NCBI GenBank assembly: GCA_028700155.1
Contig: JAQVTG010000005.1
Coordinates: 1,207 to 65,206, forward strand
Length of the DNA stretch: 64,000 nucleotides
Source of the DNA: Bacteroidales bacterium
Lineage (GTDB): Bacteria > Bacteroidota > Bacteroidia > Bacteroidales > UBA932
Reading direction: 5' to 3'
In this document: in pieces, positions 9,868 to 18,505 of the stretch
Numbering within the stretch: the first letter of the stretch is position 1
Layout: each line of letters starts with the position of its first letter
Notes under the pieces: generated by a model
Database searches by the model: none
What the model was told of the DNA's origin: nothing
The model's input: the letters and a program-made list of their open reading frames with translations, nothing else
Translations under genes and position numbers: made by a program

Positions 9868-11085
9868 ATGAAAGGCTTAGCCCCCTATATTGAACTACTT
9901 CCATTTGTCAGCGAACACCTCTCAGACGAGGTAACTAATTTGTTACTTACTTCTTCAAAACATACTCAAATCAATGTTAGTCTTGCTGTTACAATGATTA
10001 AAGCAAGAAATAAAATTGATAACAAGGTTCCCTCATGGAAAAACATGAAACAACTTTGTTTCCCGGATTCTCTATCAGCAGAACAGTCCAGTTCTGAGAT
10101 AACAGCCAAATATAAACAGCGTTTTGTCACTTCTAAGAGTGTATCGGATCTGACCTGCGGTCTTGGAGTGGATTCAATTTTTATGGCAGAGGTTGCATCT
10201 GAGGTAGTCAGTTATGAGAAGAATCCACTTTTGTGTTCTGCTCTGGAATACAACTCAACTCTTCTTGGTATTTCCAATTTGAGGGTGATAAACCGTGAGA
10301 TTGACCCTGAATGGGCAGAAACCCTTCCGGAGGGGGAGTTTGATCTGATATATATCGACCCTTCCCGCAGAGACAGCAGGGGTAAAAGGGTTGCCTGTAT
10401 CAGAGATTACAGTCCGGATATTCTGACATTAAAAAGCTCACTTCTCAAGGCAGGAAAGTCTCTTCTGGTCAAAATATCCCCAATGACCGACATCAGCGCC
10501 ACACTCGCCATTCTTCCCGAAACCACTGAGGTTCACATTCTCTCTGTTAGAAATGAGTGCAGGGAACTTCTTTTTCTTATGAAACCTTTGCCTGATTTTC
10601 CGGAGAATCTGCCGGAACCTGAAATTCACATGGTTAACTATGAGAATAAGCAATGGCAAATATTTTCCGGGACTATTAAGAGTGAGAGAGAAAGCAGACT
10701 CACACTGGCAGAAAAAGGTCCGGAGACCTTTCTTTACGAGCCAAACAGCAGCATAATGAAGGGGGGAGCGTTCAGAAGTGTATCCGGGATGTTTGGGTTG
10801 AGAAAGCTGGCTGTAAACACCCATCTCTACACCTCTGATGTTCTGATCCGGGAGTTCCCCGGCAGGATATTCAGAGTGATTAAGGTGCACAGTGCCGGTA
10901 AAAAGGGGATAAAAGAGATCCGCGAGAATATCGGACATGCCAACATCTCTGTCAGAAATTTTCCTTCTACGGCTCAGGAACTTAAAAAACAGACCGGTAT
11001 CAGGGATGGTGGAGAGATTTTCCTCACCGGGTGCACCCTCTTCTCCGGGAAAAAATGTATAGTGGAGAGCATCAGAGTGAATTAA
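9868..11085 (+). CDS. Class I SAM-dependent methyltransferase with a THUMP-like C-terminal region; substrate unknown
   Basis: Motif I-like VSDLTCGLGVDS and post-I/II-like DLIYIDPSRR. The 405-aa length is typical of the Bacteroidota THUMP-like methyltransferase family. This is assigned by recall, not by search. Confidence 0.55.
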   Translation: MKGLAPYIELLPFVSEHLSDEVTNLLLTSSKHTQINVSLAVTMIKARNKIDNKVPSWKNMKQLCFPDSLSAEQSSSEITAKYKQRFVTSKSVSDLTCGLGVDSIFMAEVASEVVSYEKNPLLCSALEYNSTLLGISNLRVINREIDPEWAETLPEGEFDLIYIDPSRRDSRGKRVACIRDYSPDILTLKSSLLKAGKSLLVKISPMTDISATLAILPETTEVHILSVRNECRELLFLMKPLPDFPENLPEPEIHMVNYENKQWQIFSGTIKSERESRLTLAEKGPETFLYEPNSSIMKGGAFRSVSGMFGLRKLAVNTHLYTSDVLIREFPGRIFRVIKVHSAGKKGIKEIRENIGHANISVRNFPSTAQELKKQTGIRDGGEIFLTGCTLFSGKKCIVESIRVN

Positions 11086-12632
11086 CCACCCAGGAGCTCT
11101 CCGTTTTCATTGTACCATTTATACTCCAGCACAGCCAGCTCTCCTGAGGATTCTAACTTAAGCCTGCACCTGTATTTGTTTTTCCACTTTGTTTTAATAC
11201 TCAGCAATCCCTTTATCAGGTATGCATATAGTATCGGGTTTACTTTAAGTACAAACTTTTTAAGTTTCATCTCCTTGACATAATATGCCAGTTCCCTCTC
11301 TATCGCTTCATCTATAAGCAGGCTGGATGCAATCTTTCCGCTCCCTTTGCATGTGGGACATACCTCTGTGGTGTTTATCTCTGTTGCAGGCCTGACTCTT
11401 TGACGGGTGATCTGCATCAGACCAAACTTGGTAATGGGCAGGATGTTGTGCTTGGCACGGTCTGATTCCATCAGCTCCTGCATTTTTTTAAAGAGTTTGT
11501 TTTTATTGTCGTTTGATTCCATATCTATGAAATCCACCACGATAATACCACCCATATCCCTTAACCGGAGCTGCCTCGCTATCTCTGTGGCAGCATTCAT
11601 GTTCACATCAAAGGCATTCTGCTCCTGATCCGAACCGTTCTTTGCCCTTATCCCGCTGTTAACATCAATTACATGCAAAGCCTCAGTGTGCTCAATAATC
11701 AGATAAGCTCCCTGCTTGATAGGTACAACTCTGCCAAAAGAGCTTCGTATCTGCTTGTTAACCTCAAAATGGTCAAAGATGGGTTCTCCGGCCTTGTAGA
11801 TTTTGAGTATCTTCTCCTGCCCCGGAGAGATTACAGATATGTACTCCTTTATCTCATTGTATACGGCCTCGTCATTTACATGAATACTCGAGAATGAATC
11901 ATTCAGCAGATCCCTGAGTATAGTGGTTGTCCTGCTGTTTTCCGTAAAGAGCAGCTGGGGAGGTTTGGCCCTGGCAATCATTTGCCAGGATGATTCCCAT
12001 TTTTTTATAAGGGATTTAAGCTCTCCGTCCAGAACTGCAGCTCTTTTACCCTCGGCAACTGTTCTGATTATCACTCCGTAATTTTTTGGGAGAATGCTGT
12101 AAACCAGTCTTTCCAGACGGCTTTTCTCCTCTTTGGAGGTAATTTTCTGTGATATGCTGACTTTGTCGGCAAATGGCAGAAGCACCATATTCCGTCCGGC
12201 AATCGATATTTCTGAGGTAAGTCTGGAACCTTTTGTTGATATTGGTTCCTTAACTATTTGGGTGATTAAGAACTGACCCGGTTTAAGTATGTCCGATATT
12301 TTTCCCTCTTTCTCCAGTATATCTCCAAGTTTGATTCCTGAATAGAGAGCCGTATGGTTACGGCTCTGCGGGAGTTGCCTGGTGAAATAGTCCAGGGCTT
12401 TAAACGATAATCCGAGATCCAGGTAATGAATAAAGGCATCTTTTTGATCACCGATATCCACAAATGCGGCGTTAAGCGCCGGCATTATCCTTTTTACTTT
12501 TCCAATGTATACATCTCCGACAGAGAATCTGCCGTTGTTCTGTTCCTTATTCAGCTCGATAAGTCTGTGGTCATCGAGCAGTGCTATTGAAACCTCCGTA
12601 GAATTTACATCAATTATTAACTCCTTCTCCAT
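11082..12632 (-). CDS. rng: Ribonuclease G/E family endoribonuclease
   Basis: An N-terminal S1-like region (GDVYIGKVKRIMPALNAAFVDIG) is followed by a catalytic core (HVIDVNSG...GGIIVVDFIDM...MQITRQRVR) and a CPTCKGSG Zn-link motif. Confidence 0.9.
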   Translation of the reverse strand: MEKELIIDVNSTEVSIALLDDHRLIELNKEQNNGRFSVGDVYIGKVKRIMPALNAAFVDIGDQKDAFIHYLDLGLSFKALDYFTRQLPQSRNHTALYSGIKLGDILEKEGKISDILKPGQFLITQIVKEPISTKGSRLTSEISIAGRNMVLLPFADKVSISQKITSKEEKSRLERLVYSILPKNYGVIIRTVAEGKRAAVLDGELKSLIKKWESSWQMIARAKPPQLLFTENSRTTTILRDLLNDSFSSIHVNDEAVYNEIKEYISVISPGQEKILKIYKAGEPIFDHFEVNKQIRSSFGRVVPIKQGAYLIIEHTEALHVIDVNSGIRAKNGSDQEQNAFDVNMNAATEIARQLRLRDMGGIIVVDFIDMESNDNKNKLFKKMQELMESDRAKHNILPITKFGLMQITRQRVRPATEINTTEVCPTCKGSGKIASSLLIDEAIERELAYYVKEMKLKKFVLKVNPILYAYLIKGLLSIKTKWKNKYRCRLKLESSGELAVLEYKWYNENGELLGG

Positions 12633-12653
12633 CTACGATTTGTCAAATAAAAG

Positions 12654-12687
12654 AATCTAAAGCAAATCTGACGATTTGCTTTAGATT
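12654..12687 (-). terminator. Rho-independent terminator downstream of the hup / bS22-like genes
   Basis: A perfect 15-bp stem (AATCTAAAGCAAATC, loop tgac, GATTTGCTTTAGATT) is followed on the minus strand by CTTTTATTT. Confidence 0.75.
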
Positions 12688-12715
12688 TCAAACTCAGTCA
12701 AGACTCAAACAGCAA

Positions 12716-12808
12716 TTATCTTTTCTTTTTGTGCCTGTTCTTGCGCAAACGTTTTTTGCGTTTGTGAGTTGCCATTTTATGTCTTTTCCTTTTCTTTCCG
12801 CTTGGCAT
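12716..12808 (-). CDS. 30-aa hyper-basic micro-protein, bS22-like (candidate small-subunit ribosomal protein)
   Basis: Hand translation gives MPSGKKRKRHKMATHKRKKRLRKNRHKKKR-stop. It lies 25 nt downstream of hup on the same strand and is followed by the terminator at 12654-12687. It resembles mycobacterial bS22 ([25 protein letters not shown]...). It is below the ORF-track size cutoff. Confidence 0.6.
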   Translation of the reverse strand: MPSGKKRKRHKMATHKRKKRLRKNRHKKKR

Positions 12809-12833
12809 AATTTATCGAATTAATAATGTAAAA

Positions 12834-13118
12834 TTACTTTACATTGTTTTTAACTTTACTCATGAACACCTTTGCAGGTTTGAATGCAGGGATGTGGTGT
12901 GCAGGAATAACAATGGTTGTGTTCTTAGAGATGTTTCTGGCTGTTTTCTTTGCACGCTTTTTAACGATAAAGCTGCCAAAACCACGAAGATATACATTCT
13001 TATTCTTCGCAAGTGAGTCTTTCACGCTATCCATGAAGCTTTCTACAACATTCTGAACAGCAATCTTTTCCATTCCAGTTGCTTTTGCAACTTCATTAAC
13101 GATGTCTGCTTTTGTCAT
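12834..13118 (-). CDS. hup: HU family DNA-binding protein
   Basis: MTKADIVNEVAKATG...VYLRGFGSFIVKKRAKKTARNISKNTTIVIPAHHIPAFKPAK is a classic HU/IHF fold signature. The protein is 94 aa. Confidence 0.9.
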   Translation of the reverse strand: MTKADIVNEVAKATGMEKIAVQNVVESFMDSVKDSLAKNKNVYLRGFGSFIVKKRAKKTARNISKNTTIVIPAHHIPAFKPAKVFMSKVKNNVK

Positions 13119-13160
13119 AATAATAAAATATTTAAAGGGTTAGTCAATTTTTTGGACGAA

Positions 13161-13168
13161 CAAAAATA
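13161..13168 (-). promoter_or_regulatory. -7 promoter box for hup (TATTTTTG on the minus strand)
   Basis: CAAAAATA on the plus strand is TAnnTTTG on the minus strand, 42 nt upstream of the hup ATG. Confidence 0.45.
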
Positions 13169-13263
13169 GTATTAAATAATTGATAAATCAAAACATTACA
13201 ACATATTTTTTTATCGGTAAACATTTGTAGGTTGAATTAGGTTAATATTTTTTATATTTGATT

Positions 13264-14661
13264 ATGAAAAGATCTCTGCTTCCGCTCATCATATTTTTAC
13301 TTACCGGGTCCTTTTGGAACCCTCTTTTTTCACAAGATAATACCTGTATTTCAACTATTTATCTTACCGGCCACAGAACCACCAAGGATCATGTGATTCT
13401 GAGGGAATTACCTTTTAAACAAGGAGATAGTATAAAAGTTCAAAATCTTGAAAAAATTTTGACTGAGGCAAAAAATAATCTGATAAATCTCTCTCTCTTC
13501 AATTTTGTATATGTAAATCCCCTCCCCGACCCTGTAGACCCGCACTCTACCTGTATCAGGATAACTCTTGAGGAGAGATGGTTTGTATGGCCTCTCTTCA
13601 GCCTGGTCTTTGAAGAGAGGAATTTAAGCAGCTGGCTCGATAGGTGGGATTTTGGCAGGATATCGGTTGAGGGGGGACTGAGTGCATACAATATCTGGGG
13701 ATTGAATCACAAAATGGCTTTAAGCTATAAATTCGGCTTTAGAAGAGGTTTTAAATTCATTTATGACAATATAGCACCCGGTCCCGGAGGAAAACATATT
13801 CTTGGACTTGAGGTCAATATTCAGAACCTGGGTACAGAAAATTACTCTACCTTAAACAACAAACCCCTGTACGGATCCACATTCAGTGACATTTTAAAAA
13901 GAAAAGAGTTTAAGGCAAAATATTATTACAGACCCACATTAAGGAGAACTCACCTGTTGTCAATAACCTATGAGTACTGCAGAATCTCAGACAGTCTCCT
14001 GCTGTTCAACAGGGAATACTGGGGAGGAGAGGATACATTAAGAAAGGGATTCCTTATAGATTACAGCTACACCAGCGACCAGAGGGACAATTATCAGTAT
14101 CCACTCAGAGGCTATATGCTCAACGGAGAGTTAAAAGGCTATAAAGGGATTAACAACTATGTCAGTTATGCACAGATAACGGGAAGGGCACAGTATTTTC
14201 TGCCTCTGGGAAAAAGGTGGTATCTGGCTACGGCTTTGACTGCCGGAATATCTGCCACAAACACTCAGGGATATATCTACAACAGGGCAATCGGTTACAA
14301 GTATGCCTCTATGAGAGGATATGAGTATTATGTTATTGACGGTCAGCACTATTTTGTATTTAATCCCACTCTCAGATATCAGATACTGCCTACGAAAATA
14401 ATTAACCTCCATCTTTTCCCTTTTCTCAAAAAGTTCAACAAAATGCATCTCACAATATATGGTAAGAGTTATTTTGACACCGGTTATGCATACCATCCAA
14501 ATCCAGCTCCCGGCAACACATTGGCAAACAATTTTATATACAGCGGAGGGCTGGGAATTGACCTGGTAACATATTACGATATAAACCTTTCTCTGGATTA
14601 TTCGTTTAATCAGCTGGGGGATTCAGGTTTTTTCTTTTCCATTAAGAGCCTGATTTTTTAG
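13264..14661 (+). CDS. Omp85 (BamA/TamA)-superfamily outer-membrane protein with a single POTRA-like domain
   Basis: Signal peptide MKRSLLPLIIFLLTGSFWNPLFSQ and a POTRA-like segment (IYLTGHRTTKDHVILRELPFKQGDSI...). The C-terminal two thirds are rich in alternating aromatic beta-strand patterns, and the C-terminus (FFFSIKSLIF) is a typical OMP terminal Phe. Confidence 0.6.
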   Translation: MKRSLLPLIIFLLTGSFWNPLFSQDNTCISTIYLTGHRTTKDHVILRELPFKQGDSIKVQNLEKILTEAKNNLINLSLFNFVYVNPLPDPVDPHSTCIRITLEERWFVWPLFSLVFEERNLSSWLDRWDFGRISVEGGLSAYNIWGLNHKMALSYKFGFRRGFKFIYDNIAPGPGGKHILGLEVNIQNLGTENYSTLNNKPLYGSTFSDILKRKEFKAKYYYRPTLRRTHLLSITYEYCRISDSLLLFNREYWGGEDTLRKGFLIDYSYTSDQRDNYQYPLRGYMLNGELKGYKGINNYVSYAQITGRAQYFLPLGKRWYLATALTAGISATNTQGYIYNRAIGYKYASMRGYEYYVIDGQHYFVFNPTLRYQILPTKIINLHLFPFLKKFNKMHLTIYGKSYFDTGYAYHPNPAPGNTLANNFIYSGGLGIDLVTYYDINLSLDYSFNQLGDSGFFFSIKSLIF

Positions 14662-14749
14662 ATTATCAAAGCTTGGCACAGAGATTGACTATAATTTAAA
14701 TACTACATGATCCGGCAAATAAGCTGAATCAAATGACAATTTGACACAA

Positions 14750-17167
14750 ATGAGTTTAAAAATTAACGACATATTTTTACAGCACTCAACATCCGATGAG
14801 GTGAATATTATTCCGGTAATGAATCTGGAGAGCTCACAGGAGCTGGACGAATCGGAATTACCGGAGACTTTGCCGGTCATAGCACTCAGAAATGCCGTTC
14901 TCTTTCCGGAGACAATCATACCCATTACGGTTGGCAGGGAGAAATCAGTAAAACTGGTGAGGGAGGTTTATTCCAAGACGAGAATTATGGGGGCTGTATC
15001 ACAGAAAAATGCAAAGCAGGATAATCCTCAGGCATCTGATCTTTATGATATAGGCACTCTTGCCAGGATAATCAAGATTGTAGAGATGCCGGACGGAGGC
15101 ATAACAATCATTCTACAGGGACTCAGGAGATTCAGTGTCCTGGATGTTGTTTCCACGGAGCCCTATTTTATTGCTTCTGTAAAATATCTGGAAGATGATT
15201 ACGGCAAAAGGGGGGTAAAGGATCTGGATGCCATTACCGGTTCCATAAAGGATGCAGCGCTTCATATTATCAAACTCTCTCCCCACCTCCCCCAGGAGGC
15301 ATCCTTTGCAATCCGTAACATAGAGGGGAACTCTTTTCTTATCAACTTTATAGCTTCAAGCATAGAACTTGACAACCCCATGGAGAAGATTGCCCTTTTA
15401 AGAGAGGGCAAGCTGAGAATAAGGGCTTTAAAACTGCTTGAGATGCTCAACAAACAGATTGACCTGCTAAAGATAAAGGATGACATACAGCAAAAGGTGA
15501 GATCTGAGATAGACCAGCAGCAGAGAGAGTATTATCTGAGTAATCAGCTAAAGACAATACAGGAGGAGCTGGGAATAAACAACAATGTGCAGGAGTTTAA
15601 GGAGCTGAGAGAACAGGCTGCATTAAAACAATGGTCTGCAGCTGTTGCAGAGACTTTTGAGAAGGAGGTTCAGAAACTGGAACGCACTAATCCAAACTCT
15701 CCCGACTATAATATTCAGTTCTCCTATGTCAAGTTCCTGGTAGAGCTCCCCTGGGAGGAGACCACCGAGGACAACCTGGACCTCAATCATGCCCAGAAAG
15801 TTCTGGACAGGGACCATTACGGTCTGGAGACTGTTAAGGAGAGAATTATCGAACATCTGGCCGTTCTAAAGCTCAAAGGAGATATGAAATCCCCTATATT
15901 GTGCCTGTACGGCCCTCCGGGTGTGGGAAAAACATCTCTGGGAAAATCCATTGCAAAGTCTCTTGGAAGAAATTACTGCAGAATCTCTCTCGGAGGGCTG
16001 CACGACGAATCTGAGATCCGGGGACACAGAAGGACCTATATCGGGGCAATGCCGGGCAGGATTATCAACTCCATAAAGAAATCCGGAAGCTCAAATCCGG
16101 TAATGGTTCTGGATGAGATTGACAAGGTAAGCAGCGATTTCAGGGGAGATCCCGCATCTGCCCTGCTGGAGGTACTTGATCCGGAACAAAACACTGCATT
16201 CCACGACAATTATCTGGACATTGACTACGATTTGTCAAAAGTTCTCTTTATCACAACAGCCAACAATACAGGCACGATTCATCCCGCTTTAAGGGACAGA
16301 ATGGAGATGATAAATCTCAGCGGGTACCTTGCGGAGGAGAAAAGAGCCATTGCTAAGGATTATCTTATACCCAAGCAAACAGATGCTCACGGTCTTAAGA
16401 AGACTCAGCTTAAGATTAACAAAGCCGGTATAGATACAATAATAAATGAATACACCAGGGAATCAGGAGTGAGAGGGCTTGACAAGCAGATTGCAAAGGT
16501 GGCAAGAGTTACTGCAAAGAGGATTGCCCTTGAGGAGGAAATTCCTGCTGTTCTGGGAGAACAGGAGGTTCGTAAAATCCTGGGATTACCTATTAACCAG
16601 CACGATACACAAAAGGGCAATGAAGCTCCCGGAGTAGTTACAGGGCTTGCATGGACAGAGAACGGTGGAGAGATTCTCTTTATTGAGTGCAGTCTTAGCA
16701 AGGGAAAAGGGGTGCTTACCACTACCGGCAATCTGGGTGACGTGATGAAGGAATCTGCGATAATTGCATACCAGTATCTTAAAGCCAACCCTGAAAAGCT
16801 GAAACTCAATCCAAAAGATTTCACTGACCGGGATATTCATATCCATGTTCCGGAGGGTGCCATACCCAAAGACGGTCCCTCTGCCGGTATCACTATGGTA
16901 AGTTCAATGGCATCGGCTTTCCTTAAAAAACGGGCCAGAAGCGGTGTTGCGATGACAGGAGAGATTACCCTCAGAGGAAGAGTGCTGCCTGTAGGGGGAA
17001 TCAAGGAGAAGATTCTGGCTGCCAAAAGAGCAGGGATTGACACAATTCTGCTTTCTGAGGATAACCGGAAGGATATTGCAGAAATTAAAGAGATTTATCT
17101 CAAGGGGCTTACTTTTAAGTATGTAAAAAATATTTCTGAAGTGCTGGAATACACTTTTGAGTTTTAA
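14750..17167 (+). CDS. lon: ATP-dependent Lon protease (LonA)
   Basis: LON N-domain (LPVIALRNAVLFPETIIPITVGR), Walker A GPPGVGKTS, Walker B VMVLDEIDK, catalytic Ser in PKDGPSAGITM and Lys in KEKILAAKRAG. The ATG at 14750 is preferred over the TTG at 14741. Confidence 0.95.
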   Translation: MSLKINDIFLQHSTSDEVNIIPVMNLESSQELDESELPETLPVIALRNAVLFPETIIPITVGREKSVKLVREVYSKTRIMGAVSQKNAKQDNPQASDLYDIGTLARIIKIVEMPDGGITIILQGLRRFSVLDVVSTEPYFIASVKYLEDDYGKRGVKDLDAITGSIKDAALHIIKLSPHLPQEASFAIRNIEGNSFLINFIASSIELDNPMEKIALLREGKLRIRALKLLEMLNKQIDLLKIKDDIQQKVRSEIDQQQREYYLSNQLKTIQEELGINNNVQEFKELREQAALKQWSAAVAETFEKEVQKLERTNPNSPDYNIQFSYVKFLVELPWEETTEDNLDLNHAQKVLDRDHYGLETVKERIIEHLAVLKLKGDMKSPILCLYGPPGVGKTSLGKSIAKSLGRNYCRISLGGLHDESEIRGHRRTYIGAMPGRIINSIKKSGSSNPVMVLDEIDKVSSDFRGDPASALLEVLDPEQNTAFHDNYLDIDYDLSKVLFITTANNTGTIHPALRDRMEMINLSGYLAEEKRAIAKDYLIPKQTDAHGLKKTQLKINKAGIDTIINEYTRESGVRGLDKQIAKVARVTAKRIALEEEIPAVLGEQEVRKILGLPINQHDTQKGNEAPGVVTGLAWTENGGEILFIECSLSKGKGVLTTTGNLGDVMKESAIIAYQYLKANPEKLKLNPKDFTDRDIHIHVPEGAIPKDGPSAGITMVSSMASAFLKKRARSGVAMTGEITLRGRVLPVGGIKEKILAAKRAGIDTILLSEDNRKDIAEIKEIYLKGLTFKYVKNISEVLEYTFEF

Positions 17168-17185
17168 CCCGGATAACAGACAAAA

Positions 17186-17872
17186 ATGGATGTTAAAATA
17201 GAAGAGAGCTGGAAGGAGCTTCTTGCGAATGAATTTTCCAGGGACTATTTTTGCAGGATCACTGCTATTATCAAAGAGGAGCTCGGATCCGGGAAAACTA
17301 TTTATCCAAAAGGTTCACAGATATTTAACGCTTTCAACAAAACCCCTTTCCAAAAAGTAAAGGTTGTTATACTGGGGCAGGACCCCTATCACGGAGCCGG
17401 CCAGGCACATGGGCTGGCCTTCTCTGTCCCTTACGGTATCACTTCTCCTCCGTCACTAAAAAATATCTTTAAAGAGCTCAATTCCGACCTTGGCATCGCA
17501 ATCCCATCCGGCGGCTCTCTGGAGAGCTGGGCAGAACAGGGGGTGTTTCTGCTAAATGCTGTACTGACAGTGAGAGCCTCAGAGGCCGCATCTCACAGTA
17601 AAATCGGCTGGACTCTTTTTACAGACAGAGTGATACAGCTAATATCGGATAAGAGGGAAAATGTTGTGTTTATGCTTTGGGGGAACTTTGCAAAAAGCAA
17701 AAGTGTGCTTATTGATTCTGACAAACATCTGATTCTGGAAGCGGCTCACCCCTCCCCTCTTGCAGGTGGTGCCTTTTTTGGATGCCGGCACTTTTCCAGA
17801 TGTAATAACTACTTGGTTTCAAAAGGTATAGAACCAATAAACTGGCAGTTACCTCTCTCCAAAGATCAGTGA
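17186..17872 (+). CDS. ung: Uracil-DNA glycosylase (family 1)
   Basis: Motif A GQDPYHGAGQAHGLAFS and motif B HPSPLA. The protein is 228 aa. Confidence 0.92.
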   Translation: MDVKIEESWKELLANEFSRDYFCRITAIIKEELGSGKTIYPKGSQIFNAFNKTPFQKVKVVILGQDPYHGAGQAHGLAFSVPYGITSPPSLKNIFKELNSDLGIAIPSGGSLESWAEQGVFLLNAVLTVRASEAASHSKIGWTLFTDRVIQLISDKRENVVFMLWGNFAKSKSVLIDSDKHLILEAAHPSPLAGGAFFGCRHFSRCNNYLVSKGIEPINWQLPLSKDQ

Positions 17873-18505
17873 TCCCACCCTTATAATTGTGCTGCCGTTT
17901 TCAACGGCCACCCTCCAGTCGGAGGACATACCGGCTGATATTTCACAGAAGTGGTCATCATTTATAAAGAGGGTCTCTTTTAGATGCCTGTAGTAAAATT
18001 TTAACAGGGCGAACTCTTTTGAGACTATATCAATATCCGGAGTATTTGTGGCCATTCCCATCACCCCGCATATTCTGACATTAGGCATCGCCTTTATCTC
18101 ACCGGCAACAGAGTCCAGCTCTCCGGGTTCTATTCCCTGTTTTGTCTCCTCATTTGCAATCCTTATCTGAAGCAGGCAATCCTTTACCAGGGAGAGTTCC
18201 CTGGCCCGGGAGTCAATCTCTGCTGCAAGCCTCACAGAATCCACAGAATGGATCAACGACACCCTGCGGATTATCAGCTTAACCTTATTCCTCTGGAGAT
18301 GACCTATAAAATGCCACCTGATATCCCCGGGAAGCTGCTCCATCTTTGTCTCCAACTCCTGGGGCCTGTTCTCGCCAAAATTAACAACTCCTTGATTATA
18401 AGCCTCCAGTATTGCCTCAGGTGGTTTAAACTTAGAAACAGCTACAAGTTTAACACCGGGAGGCAACTCTTTAAGTAATTCAGAGAGCCGGCCGGAATTT
18501 ATCAT
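17849..18505 (-). CDS. yggS: YggS-family pyridoxal-phosphate homeostasis protein
   Basis: PLP Lys in LVAVSKFKP, plus HFIGHLQRNKVK and MGMAT motifs. The protein is 218 aa. Confidence 0.85.
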   Translation of the reverse strand: MINSGRLSELLKELPPGVKLVAVSKFKPPEAILEAYNQGVVNFGENRPQELETKMEQLPGDIRWHFIGHLQRNKVKLIIRRVSLIHSVDSVRLAAEIDSRARELSLVKDCLLQIRIANEETKQGIEPGELDSVAGEIKAMPNVRICGVMGMATNTPDIDIVSKEFALLKFYYRHLKETLFINDDHFCEISAGMSSDWRVAVENGSTIIRVGSLIFGER

